In this document: positions 40,467 through 51,000 of the stretch, one piece after another
How the letters are laid out: each line of letters starts with the position of its first letter
Position numbering within the stretch: position 1 is the stretch's first letter
Assembly (NCBI RefSeq): GCF_000315625.1
Contig: NW_005434672.1
Span: forward strand, 1,085,374 to 1,149,373
Length of the DNA: 64,000 nt
Origin: Guillardia theta CCMP2712
Taxonomy: Eukaryota > Protista > Cryptophyta
Reading direction: 5' to 3'
Made by a program: the position numbers and the translations under genes
The notes under the pieces: generated by a model
Database searches by the model: none
What the model was told of the DNA's origin: nothing
What the model saw: only the letters and a program-made list of their open reading frames with translations

Positions 40467-41156
40467 GTTGCAAATCTAGGTCAACGGTCGACCCTTCCAA
40501 CCGCACATCTGCATGTCTGAAGACACGGGAGACTGATCCTCTCGCGAAAAAGGCAGAAGTCAGAAGATCCTGTCCTTCACATGCTGTCTCCTCGTCCTCC
40601 TCGTCCTCCTCGTCCTCCGTGGTGGGCGCGTCGCCATACCCAGTTGCTGCATTGATCCACCAGGGGCTAACCGGAAGCGGATCCAGGGGGGTCATGTATG
40701 CACAGTGGTGGTTGAGAGCCCTTGGGTCCATATCAGACCACTAGGGGTAGTATCCACCTGGATGAGGTCAATTTCGCACATTTAGGTCAAGGACATAATG
40801 TCCTTTTCCAAATTGTTTTTGAAATTTCAAATTAAAAAACATTCTCCTTCATAAAAAATATAAATGTTTCAAAAGAATTCAAATCAAGCAGCTTTCGGAA
40901 AAGTCCTCAAGTTTCACATTCAAAGAATAAAAGGGGGTGGGAGTTACCAAGATGTCATTTGGACCTGGTAGGGGTACAATCGACGTTACACCTATAGGGT
41001 GGGGTACTTCAACCTAAAACTATCTGATCTAAACTAACCAAATCCGTTGAACGCCTTGCCTGATAGCTAGCTTGCACCCGGTAGATATTGGGGGAGACAT
41101 TGGGAGGATACCGGGGTGGGGTACTTTGATCGTCCGTTGACTGCGGCATCAAGAAC

Positions 41157-43660
41157 ATGCTGCCGCAGTCGCAGGTCGAAGCGGAGGAGGCGGCTGCTCG
41201 GACGCTGCAGGCGGCAGTCAGGAGATGCAGGGCAGAGAGCAGAAGACTCACAAGAAACGTCAAGCACCTGGTCCTCGAGATCTTCGATCGAGCTTTCGTG
41301 ATAGCAGTGAATCGAAGCATCAACAGATTTGCCAAGGAAAGAGCGAAGGGCGGGTGGTGGAGACGGGCTTCGAAGATCTCAGCATGCTCTATGTTGACGT
41401 ATACTTCAGGTGATCATGATAGATCAGGTTCTGGCCTCTTCAAACAGACTGAGTGTTTGTTGTCATGCAGTTTATACAGATGGAAACTCTCCGTCAGTTT
41501 CGAATGTGATGGACGAGAAACTATGGAAAGGAGAAGGCATCCGACTGTTTGGATGGAATGCAGTGCAAGAAGTATTCACAGTCATGAACAGACCGATGAT
41601 CCATCGCTCGTCGTCGGCTTCATCCCCCAACAGCGACGATTACTACACTATCTCCAGAAACATGCGACGTCGAGCTCGGAACAGTCAAGATAAATCGCAA
41701 ACAGAGACGCCGGTCGTTGAGGAGCAGATTGTAGAAGAGGCTCCGACTGAGACTCAAGCACCTCCGAGTGTCTATAAGATCAGAGGAGACAACAAAGGAA
41801 CAACAACGAAAGAGGAGGTATACACCTAATACTCTGTGTTTGCGCGATTTGAGTTTTTGATTTCTTAGGAAATCAATGCTTATATCAGAGAAAAAACGCA
41901 AGAGTACATTCATTCATCAGAACTCTATATCAAGGCGTATGAGTTGGTGAAAAGAAGGATTCTGAAAAATATGAAAAGAAAATACGAGAACTTAAAAGTG
42001 GCAATAACCCATTTTGAACAGCAATTTGAGAGAGAAAGGATTTATGATCTTCACAAGCCATACTGGAGTGGTTACAAACCAAATCCAGGCATGGGTGAAT
42101 ACGATCTTTATCAAAGACAGCAGGCTTGGTTTGATGCTCTCGAGTTTTCAATGTCAGGCACAAGAATGCCTTGCCACAAAGCTCAGATCAGGAGGATACT
42201 CGACCTGGGGTTTCAAGTCTCCATAATGCAAGGAGTCGGTAGGAGGATGGTTGCGATGGCAAAGGTGGAGCTGCAGCATGCGAGTCGTCATTATGATCTT
42301 TGGAAAGAGCTCTTTGATATCATCACCCAACGAAAAAGGCAGCTGGCTGCTACAAGAATACAAGCTTTCCGCCGCGGCATTCTGACAAGGAGACTCTTGA
42401 ACAAGCTTCGGTCTGGGTCGAGCCGTCACACTAATCTAAAAGCCTATTCAAGGTCGAGCACGAGCAAGAAGTTCTCCAAAAGCTTCGTTGGTAGCAAGGG
42501 ACAGAGCCTGGCAGACTTACCCAACAGCCGGCGGAGAAAGTCGTCATCTCAGACTGCAGTCAGCGGCAACATCTTGGGCCAAGAAGCCAAGGGACTGAGG
42601 AAGAGGTTGATACACGAATACGTTCCTATCTACTCTCTGCAGATGTCTCAGCCTCAACACCAAGAGGATGATGAAGTTGAAGATGTACTCCAAAGGACTA
42701 CTCAATCAGCCGAGCCCAGGAAGTGGAGCTCAACTGCAGTGACATTGATCAGGTGATGATCCTCTTGTGTTCTTCTACACTGATAATTTCTTGAAGGGAG
42801 GATTCGATCAAGGGTGCTCTCAAGATTCCCTTTAGGAGAGGTTAAGAAGAATTTCGTTTTCTCAATTGCCTTCATATGTTTGTACAGGATTGGCTCGACC
42901 CAAGTCCTCCAAAGACCGTCTGCGAGTATCCTAACACCTTCTTCACGATTCTCTTCTGCAACAGTAAGTGATGATTAGAGTTTTGAGTCCTGTCTTTATG
43001 TTTAATGCTCAAGTTTCCTACAAGTACTCAGAATGTATGCTCAGCTGTCAGCAAACTTGATTTGAGTACATTTCACCTCTTTCGTCAGAGGCCACCATTT
43101 TCTCTATCGTTATCATTTTCTACCACACATTCACGCAGAAGACAGTCAACAGGCTCTTTCCTTCTCGTACGCTCTGGCGTCTCAGGCATCATGGCAACTG
43201 AGGAAGGGAGAAAAAGCGACCCAGCACATTCATCTGTAAAGTCATCGCATCAGTGGGGTAGAAACAGGGCATGCTCCACAGACTTCAGCTCCTCTTGATC
43301 CGAGGTTGGTTCCTCCTCGATGAACGAACGAGTGCAAGGATACCAATAACGAGGGCTCCGACTGCGATCACCAGGCTGCAACACAACGTCGACAAGCTCA
43401 GGACAATTGAACTACATACAATCCACGTTTAACACCTGATGATCGATGTGACCAGCGCTCCGACTGTCAGTGCGAAGGCGTCAACGTTCTCAATGTACAG
43501 GGCAGTGTCAAGATGGACTGGGGATTTGGGCGAGGATCCTGGAAAGAAACCCATTCCTGGAGACCAGAATTTCATTTTCTGGCATATGAAAGATGCAAAA
43601 AGGTTGTTTAGCGATGAAAATTTTTGGATAGAGAAGGAATCATGTTTTAATCGTGTGTAA
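41157..43660 (+). CDS. Hypothetical IQ-motif protein (multi-exon), divergent from the large IQ/TPR gene
   Basis: AARTLQAAVRRCR and AATRIQAFRRGILTRR; consecutive + strand ORFs separated by ~50-nt introns. The 3' end is uncertain. Confidence 0.6.
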
Positions 43661-43762
43661 CCATTCAGCCCAAAAAATTCATACCTGGAGGCAGCATTGG
43701 ACAACAATGTGTGGTCAATGCAAGTTAGGACCAAGCGTTGACTTGTTTTCAAAGTCCTTTCC

Positions 43763-43920
43763 TCTCATCTCATCTCATCTCATCTCATCTCATCTCATCT
43801 CATCTCATCTCATCTCATCTCATCTCATCTCATCTCATCTCATCTCATCTCATCTCATCTCATCTCATCTCATCTCATCTCATCTCCTCTCCTCTCCTCT
43901 CCTCTCCTCTCATCTCATCT
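43763..43920. repeat. (CATCT)n pentanucleotide satellite, about 30 units, decaying to CTCCT at the right end
   Basis: Direct inspection. Confidence 0.95.
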
Positions 43921-44099
43921 GTGTTCTTTCTTCTGCTTCTTTGAAAACAGAAAAATCTCTTTGATCTCCATGATCTTCTCACCCTACATCGCTGTCTTAT
44001 CATCTCATGTGTTTACGCTTTGCGACCATATCGCGAAGTCAATGGACCCCCTCGTCCCCCCGCTTGCATTTTGCTGAGTTCAACGCTTTGGTCGCGTGA

Positions 44100-44470
44100 C
44101 TGATGAAGTTGCCACTGCCCGGGACCCCGCCCGCCGGGCGGGGCCGTACAGCCCCCGGGCCGGGCCCGTTCCGACTCGGCCCGAGTGACAGCAGCCCCCG
44201 GCGGCGGCGGTGAGCGCTAGGGCCCGGGCCGGGTGTTCGTGTAACTGTCATCGACCTTGTAGATGTTATCGAGCAGCGCCGCGGTGTCCGCCTTGACGCA
44301 CACGCCAGGGGGCAACTTCAATGTGACTGCCAGAGGCGCGCGGCGCGGGGGCCGCCGGGGCCGCCGGGGGCTCCCGCGCCGCGGGCGGCATGCCGCCCCC
44401 GTGACTGTTGAGTACAGGCCCCGGCGGAGGGGCTTCCTAAATTGGCAGCCTGGCAGGGGCTACCGGTGAC
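44100..44470. repeat. GC-rich CCGGG/GGCCG interspersed element
   Basis: GGGCCCGGGCCGGG, GACTCGGCCCGAG and similar motifs, as at 5140-5520 and 28270-28620. Confidence 0.5.
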
Positions 44471-44599
44471 CACAACAAGTTTCAAGTTTAGCATCGCCCA
44501 GCATCAGTGCTCCAAACGGTGCCAGTGGCTTTCCGAACCCCTGAAACCGATGATGCAAGAGACTCAGACGAAGGACCACCACAAAGACTCCCCATCGAA

Positions 44600-45045
44600 G
44601 TGAAATCCGGCTGCCCGTGACGTATCTGATCATGCGCGAGATATCAAGTTTAACCGAGCTGGTCAAGATACTGGACAAGACGTTCCTCGAGGCCGAAAAC
44701 TCGCAGGGGCAGCACGACTCGAGGTGCAGTACATCGGCGGGACCACCCTCCGGATGCTCCCGCCGCCACCCGGCGATCCAGCCCCTGCCGATCCCCCAGC
44801 CGCCCGGCCAACCCCGCCCCCGCCGCAAATCGCCAGAACATCGCCTCGCTCGACAAGGACACCATCCGGCTGGGCAAGTACCTCCTCGTCAAGCACCTCC
44901 TCGTCAAGTACCTCCTCGTCAAGTACCTCCTCATCCACCGCTTCCTCAACTCTACCCAGGGGCCCGACCCTCTCGACGCCGACAACGTGACCCGCTGCAA
45001 CCAGTTGCAGGCAAGGCGCAAGGCTGCTGCAGCAGATGCGGGTCT
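44600..45045 (+). pseudogene. Degraded intronless high-GC3 ORF of unknown, possibly viral, origin with at least 2 frameshifts and a 15-bp tandem expansion
   Basis: G/C-ending codon runs continue across three frames: PVTYLIMRE..LVKILDKTFLEAEN / LEVQYIGGTTLRML / RQNIASLDKDTIRLGKYLL..IHRFLN. Confidence 0.5.
44875..44932. repeat. 15-bp tandem repeat CAAGTACCTCCTCGT, about 4 copies
   Basis: Units at 44875, 44890, 44905 and 44920. Confidence 0.9.
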
Positions 45046-45071
45046 CGTAGTGTACTTATTCGGAGTTACAC

Positions 45072-45447
45072 TTAGAACTTTGGGTTGGAGCTGTAGTAGC
45101 CGGCGAGCTGCAGGGCGATGAAGACGTCGTCCTTCATGCCCCCCACCTTCCCGCTCAGCGCGAGCTGGTCCTTGTTGAAGACCGTCACCGCGCCCTTGAC
45201 CTGGTAGGAGTAGGTCTCCAGCTGCTCCCGGAGCCTGCGCTTCATCCCGCGGGGTTCACGGCTCACAAAGTCCTCCCACAGGTGGACGCGCCGGTCCCGC
45301 AGCATCGCGTTGAGCATCGTGCACATGGCGTGCTTGATCTCCAGCGTCGTCACCACGCCGTACCGCTGCGCCCGGTGGTCGACGCGGAAGCGGACGTTGC
45401 GCAGGCCGTTGAAGTGCTGATGGTGGTACTCCGCCTCGAAGCCCCAG
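45072..45447 (-). pseudogene. 5'-truncated DNA-packaging terminase large subunit, C-terminal RNase H-like nuclease region (herpes UL15/mirusvirus-like endogenous viral fragment)
   Basis: YGVVTTLEIK...EDFVS...LREQL...LSGKVGGMKDDVFIALQLAGYY parallels herpes UL15 ...QEIVS...LLEQL...YSGKRNGASDDLMVAVIMAIY as recalled. Intronless, and nearly every codon ends in G/C. Confidence 0.75.
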
Positions 45448-45651
45448 GAAACGATCAAAACCAGCCAGGCTTATGATTTCACGATCAGTGTCGATCACGA
45501 TGAGAAGAGCGGCAAGTAAGTTTGCCTTCTCTACCCATAAAATGTAAGCCCTGCGATCTTGCTCGTCATTTTCAAGGTGACCATGAACGGGTTGAAATGG
45601 GGGCAGTGGCACTGCAACAGTGAAAATACCATGACTCGTTGTGGCGTGTGA
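45448..45651 (+). pseudogene. Orphan 3' exon pair of a host-style gene (ETIKTSQAYDFTISVDHDEKSG - intron - VTMNGLKWGQWHCNSENTMTRCGV*)
   Basis: Canonical GTAAGT donor near 45516 and TTTTCAAG acceptor near 45577; no upstream exon identified. Confidence 0.35.
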
Positions 45652-46859
45652 CAATAGATCAGACCAGGGGATAGATCTTTACGGCAGGCTTCAACACGAC
45701 GGCAGTTTTGGTGATCAACTTCACTGTATATCATGAGGATGTTGTAGGTGAATTGCCACATGACCAATGGTGCGATCAAGAATCAGATTCAATAAAGCGA
45801 GCCTCCGGATCTAGAGTCACGGTATCCAGGAGGTCATTGAAGATGAAATCAATAGCCTTGAATGGCGGATTCGTGTGAGCCGCGCAAGTTGAATCCACAG
45901 CTTGAACAGCTGCTGTCACATACAACATGTCAGTGATACAGCATTGTTTTCAGGACGTTGTCTGATTGCGTGATCCAGTTTGTGAATCATTCGCCTCTAG
46001 TTGGATGGCACGGCGCTGACCACAAACCTCAAGGCAGGAAATCTGGGGAATGACACGCTCAACTGTCAACCACCCCTCCTTCCCCCCATATTGGAGTACC
46101 CACCGGTATCCTCTTCGCCGCGTGGGATCACTCATGGCACCTCAGCCGCTGGGAATACGGGGAATAACGGAGTACCCTACCCCCTCCCTTCAGGGCCCGT
46201 CAACGAGCAGGTAACCGGTGGACTCTCAGCCTCCGAATAATGCCGCGTCGCGAACTGAGACCTCGGTGTCCTCACCCGAAAGGACCCCCCACCCCCCAAT
46301 CTCTCATCTTCATTCCCACACCCGTGGCCTCTTTTTGCTCGGGTCAGATTTCAGCTAGGAACCTCGGCGGGTGACCCTCACACCCCCTCATTCCCCTTGA
46401 AACAAGGACTACCGGTGGGCAGAGCGACTCCTTGGCAGTTTCCCCATTCAAGCCCCTCAGCAACACTCGCAATGCCGGCAATGGCAGCGATGAGCGAAGT
46501 CGATGAGGCTGACGTTGCTCGCCGAGAGACCGCGGTCCAACTCACATTAGTGCGATGCCTGTACGACCGTAGATGAGTCACAATGTGGATAGGCATGACC
46601 CTCAACACATCAATGATGAACTATGTCAGTGTTAGGGTAGCAAGCATGCACCAGAAGGTTCAATGCAGACGGTCAATTGCATACTACACCAGATCATACC
46701 CATCAAACATGTTCATCACAATTCAAAGCTATACGAGTCCAACATATTTGTCAAATGATTCTTGACCCCCCAAAAAGATGTTTGTTCTTTCATTTTGCTT
46801 GTAAATCTCTGGGTAATCTTTGAACCTTCATTGGCAGGACCAGAGGAAAGCAAGAAGCC

Positions 46860-47486
46860 ATGCAAGTTCAACAGAACACGTCCGTCACTGTGCAGATCAA
46901 GCAGCAAGATGGCTGCTGCGGCATTGTAGGAAACATCCTGTTTTTGTTCTTCGGAGGAGGACTTTTCTGTGCTCTCTTCTACTTCTTGTTTGGTCTTGGC
47001 CTCTGTGCCTCCGTGGTTGGCATTCCGTTTGGGATCGCAACTTTCAAGATGGGCCTGATGGCCTTGTGGCCTTTCGGCGAGAAACTTGGAGGCTCGATGG
47101 TATGCAGATGCGAGACCAGCGGAGTTGGGCTGACCCACCTCATTCTCAACCTTATGTGGCTTTGCAGCGGGATAGGAATCATGGTGAGCATGATGCATTT
47201 CTTCTTCGGCATCATCAACGCCATGACGATTTGCGGGATTCCTTGCGCTTTGGCTCATTTCAAGCTTGCTCTCCGGGCTCTATGGCCATTCAACTTCGAC
47301 ACCATGACTGAGATAACCGTTAACACAAGCACTACGACGACAATGACGCCTATGCCACAGTACCCGCAAATGCCCATGCAACAACAAGGCTTTCAGCCGA
47401 GTTATCCTCAGGCTCAGGTGGCACAGCCTTATCCGCAGCCAGCGTACCCTCAAGCTCAACCAGTCACAGTGTCGCGGCAAGGCTGA
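46860..47486 (+). CDS. YccF-domain (DUF307) membrane protein with two repeats and a Pro/Gln/Tyr-rich tail
   Basis: GNILFLFFGGG...CASVVGIPFG...FKMG..ALWPFG and LNLMW...TICGIPCALAHFKL..ALWPF are tandem YccF repeats. Confidence 0.85.
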   Translation: MQVQQNTSVTVQIKQQDGCCGIVGNILFLFFGGGLFCALFYFLFGLGLCASVVGIPFGIATFKMGLMALWPFGEKLGGSMVCRCETSGVGLTHLILNLMWLCSGIGIMVSMMHFFFGIINAMTICGIPCALAHFKLALRALWPFNFDTMTEITVNTSTTTTMTPMPQYPQMPMQQQGFQPSYPQAQVAQPYPQPAYPQAQPVTVSRQG

Positions 47487-48088
47487 GTCCGCCGGCGCTT
47501 GGGGCACGTCCGATATGTACCAGCATCATGTACGAGGCGGCCTCCGAGCTCCTGTCAAGTTCGGGCTGCTATGCAGATCATAATAGCGGCATAGCTGTAA
47601 CACGAGTCAGTCTTTTGTTTTGCCAGGCTAGCTATAATTGAAGTATAAGTTAAATCGTATCGGTGGCAGCCGGGGCGCGAGTGCCAGTGGCAACTTTCAG
47701 CACTGACCCGTCCGCACACCTTGATCCCTGTCAAGGGTTTCAATATCATCCGATGATCCGCCGCACAGCACCTGTGCCGCGCTGTCAAGACTCCGACCCA
47801 TGATCATCGGATGAAGGTTCGGCCGGACTCCGGGATTCAACCGTAACTCGGAACGAATATCCGATCGATTCAACTTTCACGAACGAATATCGCCGAACGA
47901 ATATCGTCACCTTGCCTACTAGCTAGCTACCGTACCTGATATCAAATTCAAAGAGAAGGAGGGGGCACATCTATTACCCCACCCATGAAAGAACTAAGTT
48001 AATCAGTACAGACCAGGGGTAATTGGAATACCTCCACCCCCCTGGATATAGACTGGAACCTCCGGATGGCGGGAATGGAGTGAGAGAG

Positions 48089-51000
48089 ATGGCGGTGCGA
48101 GTGCTGGCGACTTTCAGTGGGGAGGAGGAGGAGGATGGGGAGTCGACTCTGCTCACGACGTTCAAGGGAACGAAGACTGTAGAGACGAGCTTCCTTCGAA
48201 GGCCAGATCAGAGCTTCACCTTCACCTTCGATCGAGTCTTCCCACGAGGAAAACCAGATGAGCTGATCGCTTCTTGCGTTGATGAAGCATGGTACCAGCT
48301 ATCGGCTGGGCAGAGCTGCTGTATCATGTGTTATGGACAGAAGGGGAGTGGGAAATTTTCGAGCCTGATAGGAAGTCAAGGGAAGCCAGGAATATTATTG
48401 AGCTTAGTGGGAAACATGTTGGCGAATTCCAGGGAGGTCGCAACATTGACCGCCTTCGACATCTACAAAGAGACGATCAGAGATCTGCTGAAACCTGGAA
48501 ACCAATCAGCAGGATCGTCCAGCCTGAAGCTACGTGACAGTGCGTCTGCGGTTGTTGTTGATGGCAGCGTTGAGTTGGCAGTCAAGTCAATCGAAGACCT
48601 TGAGGAGAACTTGTCAGCTTTCCAGGCATGCAGGGGCCACTGTGTGATAACCGTCCGACGACCCTCGGGTTGCAAGCTGTTCATCGTCAAGCTGGTTGAT
48701 AGCGATGCTGGTAGCACGTTGAAACAGGCGGGAGCCGAAGCGAACGAGACTCGGAAATGGGCGCTCAAGTCCTTTACAGCTCTTGCCAACTGCTTGAAGG
48801 TATGGACTTGTCATGCTCGACAATCATGTGATGGTGGGACGCGCAGGGCGCAGCTGAGAGGTCGAAAATCATCCCCGTGCGGGAGAGCACGCTTACACGC
48901 ATGCTTCGGGAGTGTTTCAACAGCGCATTCATCACGTTTGTGGGTCATTGCCGGCAGGGCGAATCTACTCAGGTGAAGTATCAGCGATATGATGACGGCA
49001 ATGATGATGATGCGATGATGATTTTTGTGTTCATATCCACGATGATGTTGTGGTTATTGTTTATATTTGTGATCGAGATGATGGATATGATGACAACACC
49101 ACGATCACAACAATGAGGTGCTAATTGCAAGTGTCATGATATGTATGACAATTTATATTATGACAACGATCATTTGTGTCGTTTCAAGGTAACAAGAATG
49201 GCGCAGGATGAAGCGATGAATACTCTCCGCTTTGCCCACAGGATTTACACTGCAAGACCCCAAGGTATGAACGGTCAAGTTGTCAAACCTGCAGCGGGAA
49301 AGACAGAAAAGCCAGCAAAGCCAGCTGCGGAGGAAAGCGAAATCGAGCCGCGAGCGAGCTTGACTACTGTTCCTCCGCCTCCCGCACCTGCTTCTAAGGA
49401 GGCGCAGGTCAACCGAGAGCTTGGCAACGACGGTGCGGAAGAAAGAAAAACCTCGGCAGAGGAGCAAGAGGGTCTCAAGGAGCTGGCGCGAGCATGGGAG
49501 TATGCGTACCAGCTCGAGAACCTGATCGTGTGGATGGCGGAAGTGTTTCAAGTCGGAGCTTACGATCCTTCGAAGCTCGAGGCCATGCTCGACTCTAGCT
49601 GCAAGAAGTTCAACGGAGTCGGGTCGGGAGAGAACAGTAAGGACGCGTCGGCTATGATCCGAGACGTTCTTGCTAGTAGCAGCGAGGAGGTCCTGAAGCT
49701 TCCGGGGGGGCGAGACAAGATGGTCAACTTCAGGAGGAACTCGGTGTCCAGCCCATGGACAGGAGAGCTGCACCAGATTCTACTGAAGCACGGGGTTGTC
49801 TCGCGGCTTGAGAGCATAGAGCACGAGAGAATGTTCAAGTCGGACTGGAGAGGAGAAGGACGTGCGGAGGAGGGGAGAGAGGTCGACACGCTGTCCCTTT
49901 CCTCCAAACCAGTCCGAGGGCATGAGATATCGAAGCTGCAGAGCTACGAACCCCCTCGGGTCGTCTCTGAGGACGCCAAGTTCCTGCACCTGGACAGCAG
50001 GATCCTCGAGCTCGAGCAGAACGTAATCGGAGGAGCGGGGAATAGCCTGGATCTTCTAGATGCCCATATTGAGTCGTTGAGGAAGGACGTGGAAGACTCG
50101 TTGGACCACATCGACGACGAGCTGTTCGCCAACCTGCTCAGCCGCGTCTCCTACCTCAAGATGCGGAGGGAGTGGGCGCGGGAGAACGACAAGGGCCTTG
50201 ACCTGGACGGCAGCTCGCACATGTTCCAACCCCTCCCCAAGATCCCCGAAGTGCAGAAGAGCAACGGGAACATCCTCCAGGACATTCAGAACATCCGCTC
50301 GAGGGTCGAGTCGAGCGCTGCAGACAGGTTCCTTCGCTACCTCTCTCCTCTCCTCTCCTTTCTCCTCCTCCCTTTCCTACTCTGATCTTCGTTTCTCCCC
50401 CTCTCCTCTCCTCCTTCCTTCCTCCATCTCACGCACTTCCTCCCTGCAGAAGCACACCGCTGGGGAAGGCTGCTGAACATGCTGGAGAGTCAAGAAAGAG
50501 GAGGGCGGAGAACGCGCATGTGCGATGGTCGGAGCAGAACGAGGTGATGGAGTTTCAGGTGACAACTCCGGACAAGTCGCAGGACGAGAGCGAGGAGGTC
50601 GAGCTGCCCCCGAGCTGGAGCAGCGCGAGCGAGGAGGAGCTCTGTGCTGAGAAGCTGCTGGACCTCCTGAGGGCCTCGTTGGAGACGCACGAGCGGCGGC
50701 ACCAGAGCAAAGTCTATGACAAGTGCTTCAGTGGGAGCCAGGTGTGGAGACGTGTGGGGAGGAAGAGGAGGAGGAGAAGGAGGAGGTGGAGGGAAGCGAA
50801 GGGGGAAGAGGAGGGAGAGGAGTGGTAGGGGTGCTTTAGGGGAGGAGGAAGGGGTGCTGAATGGGAGGAGGTTGTGCTGGTGGTCTAACTTTTCTTCGTC
50901 CTCTTCGCTCTTGTTTCTCCTCCTTCACCTTTCCCTCCATCCTTTTGCTCCTCGCATTCTCAACCTGCAGCTGGTGGACTGGCTGGTGGAGACTATGGAT

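Noticed and set aside
43653-43964. ORFs encoding (SSHLI)n
   Set aside because: Translation artefact of the (CATCT)n satellite.
44588-44620. LPIEVKSG resembling a PD-(D/E)xK nuclease motif
   Set aside because: Followed by a stop after two codons and has no supporting upstream motif; likely chance.
44500-46000. Intact provirus, Polinton-like virus or autonomous transposon
   Set aside because: No integrase, transposase, polymerase, capsid gene, TIRs or TSDs are visible; only fragments are present.
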